Shown in pieces: positions 9,301-18,409 of a stretch of 64,000 nucleotides of DNA; the first letter of the stretch is position 1, and each line of letters starts with the position of its first letter. This DNA comes from an uncultured Planctomycetales bacterium (GTDB taxonomy: Bacteria > Omnitrophota > Gorgyraeia > Gygaellales > Profunditerraquicolaceae). The stretch is from NCBI GenBank assembly GCA_964427405.1, contig CAYRUB010000003.1, forward strand, positions 946-64,945, given 5' to 3'. Made by a program: the position numbers and the translations under genes. The notes below the pieces were generated by a model. That model did no database searches and was not told the origin of the DNA. It worked only from the letters and a program-made list of their open reading frames with translations.

Positions 9301-9804
9301 TTAAAACTCAATTCCCCGGCGCGCCTTGACTCCTTTAGTATAATAATGCTTAACTTCCTTTACCTGGCTCACCAAGTCTGCTGATTTTATCACCTTGAGA
9401 TGGGCATCGCGGCCGGTGAGTATCAGCTCTATATTTTTAGGAGTAGCTTTAATCAGCTTAAGCACATCGCTTAAGGGAATTAATCCCAACTTCACAGCGA
9501 TATTGATTTCATCCAAAATAACCACCTGATGTTTTCCGGCGGCAACAACATCCTTGGCCTTTTTGAAACCCTCCCGGGAAATTTGAATATCGATTTTTTC
9601 AGGCGCTTTTTTTATGAAACAGCGGCGGCCAAACTGTTCCACCTTGATATTATTAATCTTCTTAAGCGCTTTGATTTCACTATAACAACGGCCCTTGACA
9701 AACTGCCCGATATAAACATTCAGCCCGGCTCCGGCTGCTCGCAAAGCCAGCCCAAAAGCAGCTGTGGTTTTACCTTTTCCGTTACCTGTATAAACCTGAA
9801 TCAT
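9301..9804 (-). CDS. cobO: Cob(I)yrinic acid a,c-diamide / corrinoid adenosyltransferase
   Basis: MIQVYTGNGKGKTTAAFGLALRAAGAG P-loop signature of CobO/BtuR; start placed at Met forming ATGA overlap with upstream ORF (the ORF track's longer N-terminus is likely spurious). Confidence 0.85.
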   Translation of the reverse strand: MIQVYTGNGKGKTTAAFGLALRAAGAGLNVYIGQFVKGRCYSEIKALKKINNIKVEQFGRRCFIKKAPEKIDIQISREGFKKAKDVVAAGKHQVVILDEINIAVKLGLIPLSDVLKLIKATPKNIELILTGRDAHLKVIKSADLVSQVKEVKHYYTKGVKARRGIEF

Positions 9805-10298
9805 CCTGCCACCGCCTTCCAACTCAACAAGCCTAATGCGCATAATGCCGAAACAATCAGCCCCGCACAAATCACCCCGGCAATAATCGCTAAAAAAGCA
9901 TAACGAAAACGGATTTTAAATAATGACGCCGCAATCACTCCGCTCCATGCGCCGGTCATCGGCAGCGGTATCGCCACAAAAATTGCCAGCCCTAAAGCCT
10001 CATATTTCTGGATGGCATCCGAATTCTTTCTAGTGCGTTCAAAAACCCAATCAAAGAATCGCGACCAAATCTTAAATTTCCGTAAAAACCCGGTAATCGG
10101 CTTAAAGAGGAAAAGCGCGGGAGCCACGATAATACAATTACCTAATACGGAAAGCCAAAAAGCTTTGGATAAACTCATCCCGAATGACAATGCCAAAGGT
10201 ATTGCCCCTCTCAATTCCGAGATAGGCAAAGCACCCACAATCATCACCACATAATCTTTAGGCAGTTCTTTTAAATACTGTAAAATAGCATTAAGCAT
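9801..10298 (-). CDS. Small polytopic membrane protein, PF06695 (Sm_multidrug_ex)/COG2426-like
   Basis: 165 aa, 4-5 TM segments; ALPISELRGAIPLAL resembles the conserved PIxELRxxIPxA motif of that family; function unknown. Confidence 0.45.
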   Translation of the reverse strand: MLNAILQYLKELPKDYVVMIVGALPISELRGAIPLALSFGMSLSKAFWLSVLGNCIIVAPALFLFKPITGFLRKFKIWSRFFDWVFERTRKNSDAIQKYEALGLAIFVAIPLPMTGAWSGVIAASLFKIRFRYAFLAIIAGVICAGLIVSALCALGLLSWKAVAG

Positions 10299-10968
10299 GT
10301 TTAAAACTCCTGAAAAATTCCAAAACCATAAAACGCAAGAATCTTAAAGTATCAACAAAAGGATTAATCTGGCTCTTCTGGCCGGAATAAATAGTCTTAA
10401 CCGGCACAGATTCAATCTTAAATCCTAAGCGCGCCGCTTTAATTAAAATTTCAGACTCAGTCTCATATTTAGAAGTAGATAGATTCATTTTCTGGAGCAC
10501 TTCTTTTTTAACCAAGCGGAATCCGCATTGAGTATCAGGTATACGCTGTTTGGCAACCGCGGAAATTATTTTCGACATAAAGCGGTTAGTGGCAATGCGC
10601 AAAACTGGCATCCCTTTAGTCATCGCCATACGGTTACCGATAATAACTCCGCAGTTTGAAGATTCTGCTTTCTGAATAAAAACCTTAATATCATCCGCCG
10701 AATGCTGGCCATCCCCATCCATACTAATCACCGCATCAAAACCCTGTGAAACTGCAAATGCATACCCTTTAATTAAAGATGCGCCTTTTCCGGTGTTCGA
10801 TTTGTTACATAAAACCTCTGCGCCGGCCTCCAGGGCAATTTTCACAGTATCATCACTCGAGCCATCGTCTATTATGATCGCCTTCAACCCTAATTTATGC
10901 AACTGATTAATCAAACCGGCGATCGCCTTAGATTCATTATAAGTTGGGATAATCACACAAGTGCGCAT
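10291..10968 (-). CDS. Family-2 glycosyltransferase, polyprenyl-phosphate hexose synthase (DPM1/GtrB-like)
   Basis: MRTCVIIPTYNE, IIDDGSSDDT, MDGDGQH (DxD), QCGFR motifs; start set at the Met immediately after the upstream stop. Confidence 0.8.
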   Translation of the reverse strand: MRTCVIIPTYNESKAIAGLINQLHKLGLKAIIIDDGSSDDTVKIALEAGAEVLCNKSNTGKGASLIKGYAFAVSQGFDAVISMDGDGQHSADDIKVFIQKAESSNCGVIIGNRMAMTKGMPVLRIATNRFMSKIISAVAKQRIPDTQCGFRLVKKEVLQKMNLSTSKYETESEILIKAARLGFKIESVPVKTIYSGQKSQINPFVDTLRFLRFMVLEFFRSFKHA

Positions 10969-10970
10969 AA

Positions 10971-11828
10971 TTATTCGGCCCAAAACCTGCGGAAGACATA
11001 CCATTGATCAGGGTATCTGCGTATATAATCTTCAACCACCTTATTGTAAACCTTAATCAAATTTGATAAATCTTTTACCTTATCCCCGGTAGGAGAAAAC
11101 TCAATTGGTTTCTCTATGCTTAAAGTAAAACTATCGTCGGGATTTCTAAGCATGAAACCCGGAATGATACTGGCTCCGGTCATCAGGCTTAAGGCTGCCG
11201 GCCCTTCAGGAAGATGTGTGGGCTTGTTGAAAAAATCTATAACAATTCCTTTCTCGGTAAAATCCCGATCCCCTACTAAAGCAACCATATGATTATTCCT
11301 GAGCTCCGAAATACAGCTTCTCACGGCCTTGCCCATGGCGATAACATTAACTCCTTTTTGCGCCCTCTGGGCAACAAAAAAATCATTAACTTTTTTATTT
11401 TTATGCGGCAGGGCTACAGCCCAAAAGGGATAACCTAGCAAAGCCAGGACCACTCCACCTAACTCCCAATTACCCAAATGAGCGGTCAGAACAACCACTC
11501 CCTTGCCGGATTTCAGGGCCTGGTCAAAATAATGCAAATTCTCTAATTTTATATTTTTATCAATGTAGCCGCGGTTGAGCTTTTCAAAACGGAAGAAATC
11601 CGCCAGGTATTTGGCAAAATTCCTAAAAACCAGCTTACTTATTTTTCGTAACTCTCTATTTTCTTTCTCTGGGAAAATAACCTTCAGATTGGCTTTTACA
11701 AATCTCCTGTCGCGAAAGGCAAGGAAGTAATGCAGGTCAGCTAAAAAAACCGCGATGCCATAAACTAATCTATTTGGCAAAGATAAAGCGATAAATTGAC
11801 CGAAACGGTAAATATAATAATTTAACAC
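10971..11828 (-). CDS. LpxL/HtrB-family (lysophospholipid/lipid A type) acyltransferase
   Basis: 285 aa; HLGNWE (HX4D-type catalytic motif) and C-terminal RYPDQWYVFRRFW hallmark of PF03279; apparent GTG start. Confidence 0.8.
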   Translation of the reverse strand: MLNYYIYRFGQFIALSLPNRLVYGIAVFLADLHYFLAFRDRRFVKANLKVIFPEKENRELRKISKLVFRNFAKYLADFFRFEKLNRGYIDKNIKLENLHYFDQALKSGKGVVVLTAHLGNWELGGVVLALLGYPFWAVALPHKNKKVNDFFVAQRAQKGVNVIAMGKAVRSCISELRNNHMVALVGDRDFTEKGIVIDFFNKPTHLPEGPAALSLMTGASIIPGFMLRNPDDSFTLSIEKPIEFSPTGDKVKDLSNLIKVYNKVVEDYIRRYPDQWYVFRRFWAE

Positions 11829-11873
11829 GATTTATGGCTTTGCCCAGCGAGAGGCAAACCATTGTCCTCCGAC

Positions 11874-12989
11874 TTATATACTCAAAAGAAGTTTGGCAAT
11901 ATCCATGCTGGCGTTAGGTTTAGCGATCTCTGCCGCCGCAAGTTTCAGTTGACCTATTTTTATTTTATCTTCTAATAATTCGTCAATAACCTGATACACC
12001 TCTTTAGGGTCATCCACTTTAATCGCTGCGCCCTTATAGGTCAAGAAATTAGTATTGTTGATTTCTTGTCCGGGAATTGGCTTTACAATAACCATAGGCA
12101 AGTTCGCGCTTAATACCTCTGCGGTGGTTACCCCCCCGGGCTTAGAAATAATCACTTTAGAGATATACATTAATTCATGGATATTCTGCACGAAACCAAA
12201 AAGATGAATCTCTTTTTTGTAATGTTTGATCCTGCGCTTTAGGCTACGATATAGTTTTTTATTAATTCCAGTAATAATTAACTCCTGGATATTCTGGTTG
12301 GTTTTTTCAAGCGATTTAACTATAGTCTTAATCGGCCCCAACCCCTGGCCTCCCCCCATAATTAATACTACCGGCTTATGCGGATTAAGATTTAATTTTT
12401 TAAAAATCTCTTCACTATCTAACTTCTGATTAAACTTATGATCAAAAGGTATCCCGAATGACTTAATCTTAGCAGGGATAACCCCTTTCTTTGCCAGGCG
12501 CTCTGAGACATCTTCCGAAGGGGTTATATAATAATCCACTGCATCATAAACCCAATAGGAGTGCGGGATATAATCCGTAAGCACCGCCACCAAAGGCAGG
12601 CTTGATTTATAAGTCTTCTTAAAATCGGCGACCATCCCGCAGGGAAACGCCTGGGTACAGACCACCAAATCCGGATTAAATTTATCAAAAAGTTTCTTAA
12701 GCTTGGGTGAATTTGATTTATGTACGCTATTTTTTATTCTTTCAAGCCCCTTGACTACGCTGGGATTATCATAAAGGTAGTCCCAGACTTTAGGGGTATG
12801 CTTAATTACTTCCATATAAATCCGGTTAATTACCTTCTCCGATATGGGATTGGTATAATTAAAAGCATTGATATTTAAAATCTCGCACTTTGGCGAAAGT
12901 GCCTTAAGCGCCTTTTCAATAGCCAGAGTGGCGCTGCGATGGCCGGAGACCTCAGATATATACATTAAAATTATACGTTTAGGCTTCAT
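11874..12989 (-). CDS. Monoglycosyl-diacylglycerol synthase (UgtP/MGS-like, GT28)
   Basis: 371 aa; collinear with B. subtilis UgtP: SGHRSA, TDYIPHSYWV, GGGQGLG, SKPGGVTTAE, PIPGQEINN, KPNAS. Confidence 0.8.
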   Translation of the reverse strand: MKPKRIILMYISEVSGHRSATLAIEKALKALSPKCEILNINAFNYTNPISEKVINRIYMEVIKHTPKVWDYLYDNPSVVKGLERIKNSVHKSNSPKLKKLFDKFNPDLVVCTQAFPCGMVADFKKTYKSSLPLVAVLTDYIPHSYWVYDAVDYYITPSEDVSERLAKKGVIPAKIKSFGIPFDHKFNQKLDSEEIFKKLNLNPHKPVVLIMGGGQGLGPIKTIVKSLEKTNQNIQELIITGINKKLYRSLKRRIKHYKKEIHLFGFVQNIHELMYISKVIISKPGGVTTAEVLSANLPMVIVKPIPGQEINNTNFLTYKGAAIKVDDPKEVYQVIDELLEDKIKIGQLKLAAAEIAKPNASMDIAKLLLSI

Positions 12990-12997
12990 AATAAGAA

Positions 12998-14164
12998 TTA
13001 AATCCTGCCTTCCTTGCAGAGCTCCAGAAAAGTATCGGCAATACGCGGGCAGAACTGCCGGCCGCTTAAATGCCCAATCTCATTGACAACATCATCCTTA
13101 GGCAGGGCCAGGCGGTATGGACGGTCAGTACTCATGGCATCAAAAGAATCCGCTACAGAAATTATAGAAGCAATTAAAGGTATGCGGTCTCCTTTTAAAC
13201 CATCGGGATATCCTTTACCATCAAACCGCTCATGATGATACCTGACTCCCAGCATGGAACCTTCCAGCTCCTTAATCGGCTTAAGGATATTAACTCCAAT
13301 CATAGGGTGTTCTTTAATACGGTTTCGCTCGCCTATGGTAAGCTCATGCCTTTTATTTAAGATATGCTCCGGTACGCCGATCTTACCGATATCATGTAAA
13401 AGACTGGCAATATGCAAATTCTCTAAAAACTTGGCGTCAAAATCTTTTTTACTCTTCTGTCCGATTCTGCGGGCAATTTCCAAGCTTAAATTAGTTACCC
13501 GAGTAGTATGCCCATGGGTATAATGATCTTTGGCTTCAATAGCCGCAGCCAAGGCGATGGTTGTGCGCACAAACAACTGATGCTTACGGTCTAACTCAAT
13601 GCCTAACTCCTTAAACAACTGGGCATTTCTGACCGCCATTGTCACATTGGAATTAAGAGCGACAAAAAAATCTAATTCTTCATCAATGAAATTCCTGCCG
13701 TTATCCTTCCTCCCTAACAATAAAATTCCCAGTAATTCATCGCGGAAATAGCTGGGTATACAAACCACAGATTCCAAAAGCTCCATTTGATACAAGACAT
13801 GAGCTAACTGCTGCTTAACTTCCTGTTTTATTTTAGAACTTTTCAGCGCGGACTTTGCTTCACTGTGAAGCAGCGCTTCCCTGCCAAATATAAAACGGCT
13901 CATATGAGACCTGAAAAAACGGATCAATACATCGTCTTTATCAATACGCACCAAATCTAAGGGAATCTTCTTGCCTAATGAGCCCTTGGAAACAGTAAGC
14001 GCATAACCTTCTTTTGCTTTATCATGCAAAAAGAAACTGGCGTGGGCAATCTTGGCTTTACTGACCATCATGCGCACCATCATTTTGATCAAAAGATCAG
14101 GATCGTGCACAAAGATCATGTTTTTGGCCGCGGTTTGAAGTTCTTTCCTATAATCAATCGCCAT
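12998..14164 (-). CDS. GAF-domain HD-GYP phosphodiesterase (c-di-GMP signalling)
   Basis: 388 aa; C-terminal HDIGKIGVPEHIL ... HHERFDGKGYPDGL (HD and GYP signatures); N-terminal ~200 aa GAF-like. Confidence 0.75.
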   Translation of the reverse strand: MAIDYRKELQTAAKNMIFVHDPDLLIKMMVRMMVSKAKIAHASFFLHDKAKEGYALTVSKGSLGKKIPLDLVRIDKDDVLIRFFRSHMSRFIFGREALLHSEAKSALKSSKIKQEVKQQLAHVLYQMELLESVVCIPSYFRDELLGILLLGRKDNGRNFIDEELDFFVALNSNVTMAVRNAQLFKELGIELDRKHQLFVRTTIALAAAIEAKDHYTHGHTTRVTNLSLEIARRIGQKSKKDFDAKFLENLHIASLLHDIGKIGVPEHILNKRHELTIGERNRIKEHPMIGVNILKPIKELEGSMLGVRYHHERFDGKGYPDGLKGDRIPLIASIISVADSFDAMSTDRPYRLALPKDDVVNEIGHLSGRQFCPRIADTFLELCKEGRI

Positions 14165-14251
14165 ATTTTTTAATTTATATTTATATATTTAATATAGATA
14201 TAGATATACTTATACTAGAAAAACCAAGGGTTGTCAAGGCGGGCACGAACC

Positions 14252-14500
14252 TTACTCTTCATTTATAACAGCCAATATCTGGCCAACTTCCACGCTATCT
14301 CCTTCACTATACATTATCTCAGAGATTACCCCTGTACAAGGGCTGGGCAAATTAAAGGTAGCCTTATCAGTAACCAACTCAACCAAATCATCCTTCTCTT
14401 TTATCCTCTCACCATCTTTAGCAAACCAATACGAAACAGTCGCTTTAGTGATCCCTTCACCTAATTCCGGCAAAACGACTTTTACCATATTATCCTCCAT
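14252..14500 (-). CDS. Free-standing lipoyl-domain protein (E2-type lipoyl attachment domain)
   Basis: 82 aa; LVELVTDKATFNLPSP matches the lipoyl-lysine motif (E-TDKA-xExP) of 2-oxoacid dehydrogenase E2 lipoyl domains; no catalytic domain attached. Confidence 0.75.
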   Translation of the reverse strand: MEDNMVKVVLPELGEGITKATVSYWFAKDGERIKEKDDLVELVTDKATFNLPSPCTGVISEIMYSEGDSVEVGQILAVINEE

Positions 14501-14512
14501 CTATTTTCCAGC

Positions 14513-15805
14513 TCATTTAATTGCTTCACTCAGAGATTCTGAAAGCGTTGGATGTGCGAAAATAATCGCGCGGATCTGGCCGACTTTTAGATGCGCCGAG
14601 ACAGCCATAGTCAAAATAGCGATAAGTTCCGTAGCTTTCGGGCCAATTATACACCCGCCGATTACCTCTTCAGTATCCGGATTAGAAAGAATCTTGATAA
14701 ACCCTTCAGGCTCATCAATAATACGCGCCATTGACGAAGCGCGGAAATCAAATTTATGCACCTTAACCGCAAGGCCGGCGGCAACAGCCTTCTCTTCATT
14801 TAAGCCGACGCTGGAAATTTCAGGATCGCAAAATACGCAGGCAGGCACAACAGAATTATCCGCTTTATATTTATTATCTGAAATCATATTCTCAACCGCT
14901 TTAACCCCCTGATAAGCCGCATAGTGGGCAAGCATGACTTTTGTAGTACAATCTCCTGCCGCATATATATTGGCTACGCTAGTCCTGAGATAATCATCAA
15001 CAGCTATGCCTTTTTTCTCCAGTTTTATCCCTAAATTTTCCAGGCCTAAACCAGCAATATTAGGCTCCCTGCCTACACAAACCAAAATCTTTTCATAAAT
15101 ATTTAAATCAACAGCCGATAGATCCGCGTCAGTGTAAACCTTGATCCCTTTTTTCTTAAAAATAACCTCGATTTTTCTCGCTACTTCCTTATCCTCTCCG
15201 GGCAAAAGCATGGATAATTTCTCCAGGATAGAAACCTCAGCGCCTAAAGTTGAAAATAAACTGGCAAACTCACAACCAATAACTCCGCCTCCGATAATTA
15301 ACAAAGATCGCGGGACAAACGGCAGCGAGAGTATCTCGTCGCTGGAAATTATTTTAAGTGCATCAAATTTTAGCTGGGCCAGCTCAACAGGCCGGCTTCC
15401 GGTAGAAATAAGTATGAACTTGGCAGAGACTATTCGGCCATCAACCTTTATTTCATGCCCTGAAATAATCTCCGCGGCTGATTTTATAAAATCAATTTCC
15501 CCAAGCCTGCTTTGCATGCCCTGCGCCAGATCCCAGATAAGCTTATTTTTTCTTTCTTGAATTTTACTGAAGTTAAAGCGAGGATTATCCGACTCAATAC
15601 CAAAACCGGATGATTTTTTGATGAGTGAGTATATTTTTGCGCAGGCGATTAACGCCTTGGTAGGTATACAGCCGCGGTTTAAGCAAGTCCCGCCGATTTG
15701 TCCGGATTCAATAAGGCAAACCTTTAAACCTGAATCTCTTGCCCTTAAGGCAGCATTAAAACCTGCCCAGCCTGCTCCAATAACAGCTAGATCATACATA
15801 GGCAT
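14513..15805 (-). CDS. lpd: Dihydrolipoyl dehydrogenase (E3)
   Basis: 430 aa; FAD motif AVIGAGWAG, redox disulfide GGTCLNRGCIPTK, C-terminal HAHPTLSE interface motif. Confidence 0.85.
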   Translation of the reverse strand: MPMYDLAVIGAGWAGFNAALRARDSGLKVCLIESGQIGGTCLNRGCIPTKALIACAKIYSLIKKSSGFGIESDNPRFNFSKIQERKNKLIWDLAQGMQSRLGEIDFIKSAAEIISGHEIKVDGRIVSAKFILISTGSRPVELAQLKFDALKIISSDEILSLPFVPRSLLIIGGGVIGCEFASLFSTLGAEVSILEKLSMLLPGEDKEVARKIEVIFKKKGIKVYTDADLSAVDLNIYEKILVCVGREPNIAGLGLENLGIKLEKKGIAVDDYLRTSVANIYAAGDCTTKVMLAHYAAYQGVKAVENMISDNKYKADNSVVPACVFCDPEISSVGLNEEKAVAAGLAVKVHKFDFRASSMARIIDEPEGFIKILSNPDTEEVIGGCIIGPKATELIAILTMAVSAHLKVGQIRAIIFAHPTLSESLSEAIK

Positions 15806-15809
15806 GGAT

Positions 15810-16730
15810 TTAAGCCAATAGTTGCGCTGCTGCCTGGGCCACCAGCATAGCTGATTTGTTCAGCTTAGCCTTTTCTTCCCGCGAAAGCTCTAATTCAACA
15901 ACCTGCTCTATACCATCCTTACCCAGGCGGCAAGAAACACCGATACAGGTATCTTTAATACCATATTCACCATTTAAATAACTGCATAAACCAATAACAC
16001 GCTTTTCATCTTTTACTACAGCTCTAACAATCGCGGCAATTGCCGCTGAAGGAGCAAAGAACGCGCTTCCCGTACCAAGATTAGCAACAATCTCAGCCCC
16101 TCTACCGACTGTACGGCTGACTAGCGACTTAATTTTATCTTCATCCATAAATTCATCCAGCAGCACACCTTTGACTTTCGTAAAACCAGCTAGTGGCATC
16201 ATACCCTCACCATGCGCGCCAATCACCAAGGCCTCAATATCGGTACACATTAAACCTAAATCCTGCGCTATTAAATTAGCGAAACGGGCAGTATCCAAAC
16301 TAATCCCCATACCAAAGAGTTTTTGAGGCTTAAAACCGGTTACCTTTAAAGCATAAAGCGTCATAATATCCAAGGGATTAGTCACTATTATAACAATAGC
16401 ATCTTTGGCTAACTCTTTTACATTTAAGCATACATCTTTTAAGATCTGGGCATTCTTGGCTAACAATTCTTCGCGGCTCATACCGGGTTTACGCGCAAGG
16501 CCGGCGGTAACCACCACGATATCCGAACCTTTAACTTGCCGGATATCGTCGCTGCCTTTAATATTATAGTTGTATTTTAGTATCGCCCGGGCATCCTCTA
16601 AATCCAGAGCCTTGCCGTTTGCTAACCCCCTTACTACATCTATCAGCAAAACATCGCCCAATCCATCGCCGGCGATGCGCATTGCAGTTAAACTCCCGAC
16701 ATTTCCCGCCCCAATAACAGAGATCTTCAA
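15810..16730 (-). CDS. mdh: Malate dehydrogenase (LDH-like MDH family)
   Basis: 306 aa; ISVIGAGNVG NAD fold; GLARKPGMSREEL with Arg at the substrate-selectivity position (Gln in LDH). Confidence 0.8.
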   Translation of the reverse strand: MKISVIGAGNVGSLTAMRIAGDGLGDVLLIDVVRGLANGKALDLEDARAILKYNYNIKGSDDIRQVKGSDIVVVTAGLARKPGMSREELLAKNAQILKDVCLNVKELAKDAIVIIVTNPLDIMTLYALKVTGFKPQKLFGMGISLDTARFANLIAQDLGLMCTDIEALVIGAHGEGMMPLAGFTKVKGVLLDEFMDEDKIKSLVSRTVGRGAEIVANLGTGSAFFAPSAAIAAIVRAVVKDEKRVIGLCSYLNGEYGIKDTCIGVSCRLGKDGIEQVVELELSREEKAKLNKSAMLVAQAAAQLLA

Positions 16731-16749
16731 CCTTACACCTTTCTCAGGA

Positions 16750-17835
16750 TTAACGTTTTATCTTCTTAATAATTGCATCCGCCATTTCTTTGGTCCCAAC
16801 AGCGGTTGGATCAAGCGGATCGGCTTTTAAATCGTATGTCAACGATTTTCCTTCAGCAAGAACATCTTTTACGGCATTTTCCAAAGCATCTGCCGCCCTA
16901 TCCTCTTTAATATGGCGTAACATCAGCACGCCCGATAAAATCATCGCCATGGGATTAACCTTATTTTGCCCCTTATATTTCGGAGCGGATCCATGCACTG
17001 CTTCAAAAACCGCGCAGTCAGTTCCGATATTTGCTCCGGGAGCAACACCTAAGCCTCCAACTAACCCGGCGCAAAGATCAGAAAGAATATCACCATAAAG
17101 ATTAGGCAATAGTAAAACATCGTATTTATGCGGCTTGACCACCAGCTGCATAGACATATTATCAACAATCGCTTCTTCAAAAATTATCCTGCCGGCATAT
17201 TCCTGGGCAACCTCCCTGGCTACCCTTAAGAATAACCCGTCGGTAAACTTCATAATATTCGCTTTATGCACACAGGTAACTTTTTTACGTTTGTTCTTCA
17301 AAGAATACTCAAAGGCAAATCTCGCTATTCGCTCCGAAGCAAATCTAGATATAGGTTTTATACTTATCCCGGAATCCGGGCGGATATCTTTCTTTGTGTC
17401 TTTTTTTATTTGATTAATCAAGGCTTTAGTCTCGGGCTTTCCTTCTTCAAACTCTACCCCCATATAAAGGTCTTCGCTATTCTCCCTGATAATAACCAGG
17501 TCAATATCATTAAACCTGCTTTTGATCCCGGCATAGCTTTTTGCCGGACGCACGCAGGCAAAAAGCTCCAGAGCCTGCCTGATAGCTACGTTTACCGAAC
17601 GAAATCCGGTACCGATAGGCGTAGTAATCGGCCCCTTAAGCGCAACCTTGTTTTTCCTTATGGAATCTAAAGCAGACTGCGGCAGAATCTCACCGGTTTT
17701 CTCAAGCGCCTCGGTTCCAGCAAGCGCCTCTTCCCATTTGATATCTACGCCCGTAGCCTCAATGCACCTGAGCGCAGCCTGAGAAACTTCACGGCCAATA
17801 CCATCACCAGGAATCAAAGTTATTTTATGCGCCAT
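16750..17835 (-). CDS. Isocitrate/isopropylmalate dehydrogenase-family enzyme; sequence favours NAD(P)-isocitrate dehydrogenase
   Basis: 361 aa; [31 protein letters not shown] resembles the IDH substrate loop (TTP-G-G-RS-N-V-LRQ) more than the LeuB LRK-LDLFANLRP pattern; adjacency to leuCD leaves LeuB possible. Confidence 0.6.
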   Translation of the reverse strand: MAHKITLIPGDGIGREVSQAALRCIEATGVDIKWEEALAGTEALEKTGEILPQSALDSIRKNKVALKGPITTPIGTGFRSVNVAIRQALELFACVRPAKSYAGIKSRFNDIDLVIIRENSEDLYMGVEFEEGKPETKALINQIKKDTKKDIRPDSGISIKPISRFASERIARFAFEYSLKNKRKKVTCVHKANIMKFTDGLFLRVAREVAQEYAGRIIFEEAIVDNMSMQLVVKPHKYDVLLLPNLYGDILSDLCAGLVGGLGVAPGANIGTDCAVFEAVHGSAPKYKGQNKVNPMAMILSGVLMLRHIKEDRAADALENAVKDVLAEGKSLTYDLKADPLDPTAVGTKEMADAIIKKIKR

Positions 17836-18336
17836 TTAGATTTTAAGTTCTCCGTATTTCTTATAATAATTTACAATTCCGCCTTCGGCCAAAAGATCCT
17901 GCATGAATTTAGGCAAAGGCTTAATCTTTAAATCTATACCTTTAGTAAGATTCCTTACCAATCCGTTATCCAAATCAATCTGAAGCTGGTCTGACTCATC
18001 AATCTTAGAAGTATCTGTTTCAATCAGGGGCAGGCCGATATTAAAACTATTGCGGAAAAATATACGCGCAAATTGAGATGAAATAACCGCCACAATCCCG
18101 GCCTCTTTAATTACTAAAGGAGCCTGCTCACGGCTGGATCCCATGCCAAAATTATTTCCGGCAACGATAATAGACTGCCCCCGGGTAATCTTCTGAGGAA
18201 AATTCGGGTCAATATCCTCCATAATATGTTTTGCCAACTCGGACATATCCGTAATCGCAAACTTATACCTTCCGGAAATAATAAAATCCGTGTTGATATT
18301 GTCGCCTAATTTTACGCTTTTCCCCGCTATAATCAT
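17836..18336 (-). CDS. leuD: 3-isopropylmalate dehydratase small subunit, archaeal-type short form (or homoaconitase/aconitase-like small subunit)
   Basis: 166 aa; LeuD/aconitase swivel domain (NINTDFIISGRY, GNNFGMGSSREQA). Confidence 0.75.
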   Translation of the reverse strand: MIIAGKSVKLGDNINTDFIISGRYKFAITDMSELAKHIMEDIDPNFPQKITRGQSIIVAGNNFGMGSSREQAPLVIKEAGIVAVISSQFARIFFRNSFNIGLPLIETDTSKIDESDQLQIDLDNGLVRNLTKGIDLKIKPLPKFMQDLLAEGGIVNYYKKYGELKI

Positions 18337-18362
18337 ATAAGTTTTAATACAAGATTGAGCAC

Positions 18363-18409
18363 CTTAATCTTTTGTCTAACGAAATCCTTGCGAACAAAGT
18401 GAGCAAGGG
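18363..18409 (+). repeat. Family-B short hairpin repeat, copy 2 (TTAATC-N12-AAATCCTTG-loop-CAAGG)
   Basis: CACCTTAATCTTTTGTCTAACGAAATCCTTGCGAACAAAGTGAGCAAGG abutting the pilT stop; near-identical core to 49221-49266 (opposite orientation) and related to 23530-23577. Confidence 0.55.

Noticed and set aside
9804-9870. N-terminal 22-codon extension of the cobO ORF in the track (MCGADCFGIMRIRLVELEGGGR)
   Set aside because: Overlaps the upstream membrane-protein gene in another frame. The conserved CobO N-terminus begins at MIQVYTGNGKGKTT with a classic ATGA stop/start overlap.
14165-14251. ATATAGATATAGATATAC microsatellite-like AT run upstream of the HD-GYP gene, considered as a repeat element
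   Set aside because: Short, low-complexity AT-rich promoter-region sequence; no second copy or inverted partner found.
16750-17835. Calling this gene leuB outright because of the adjacent leuC/leuD
   Set aside because: The substrate-loop motif fits isocitrate dehydrogenases better than LeuB, so only a family-level call with IDH preference is made.
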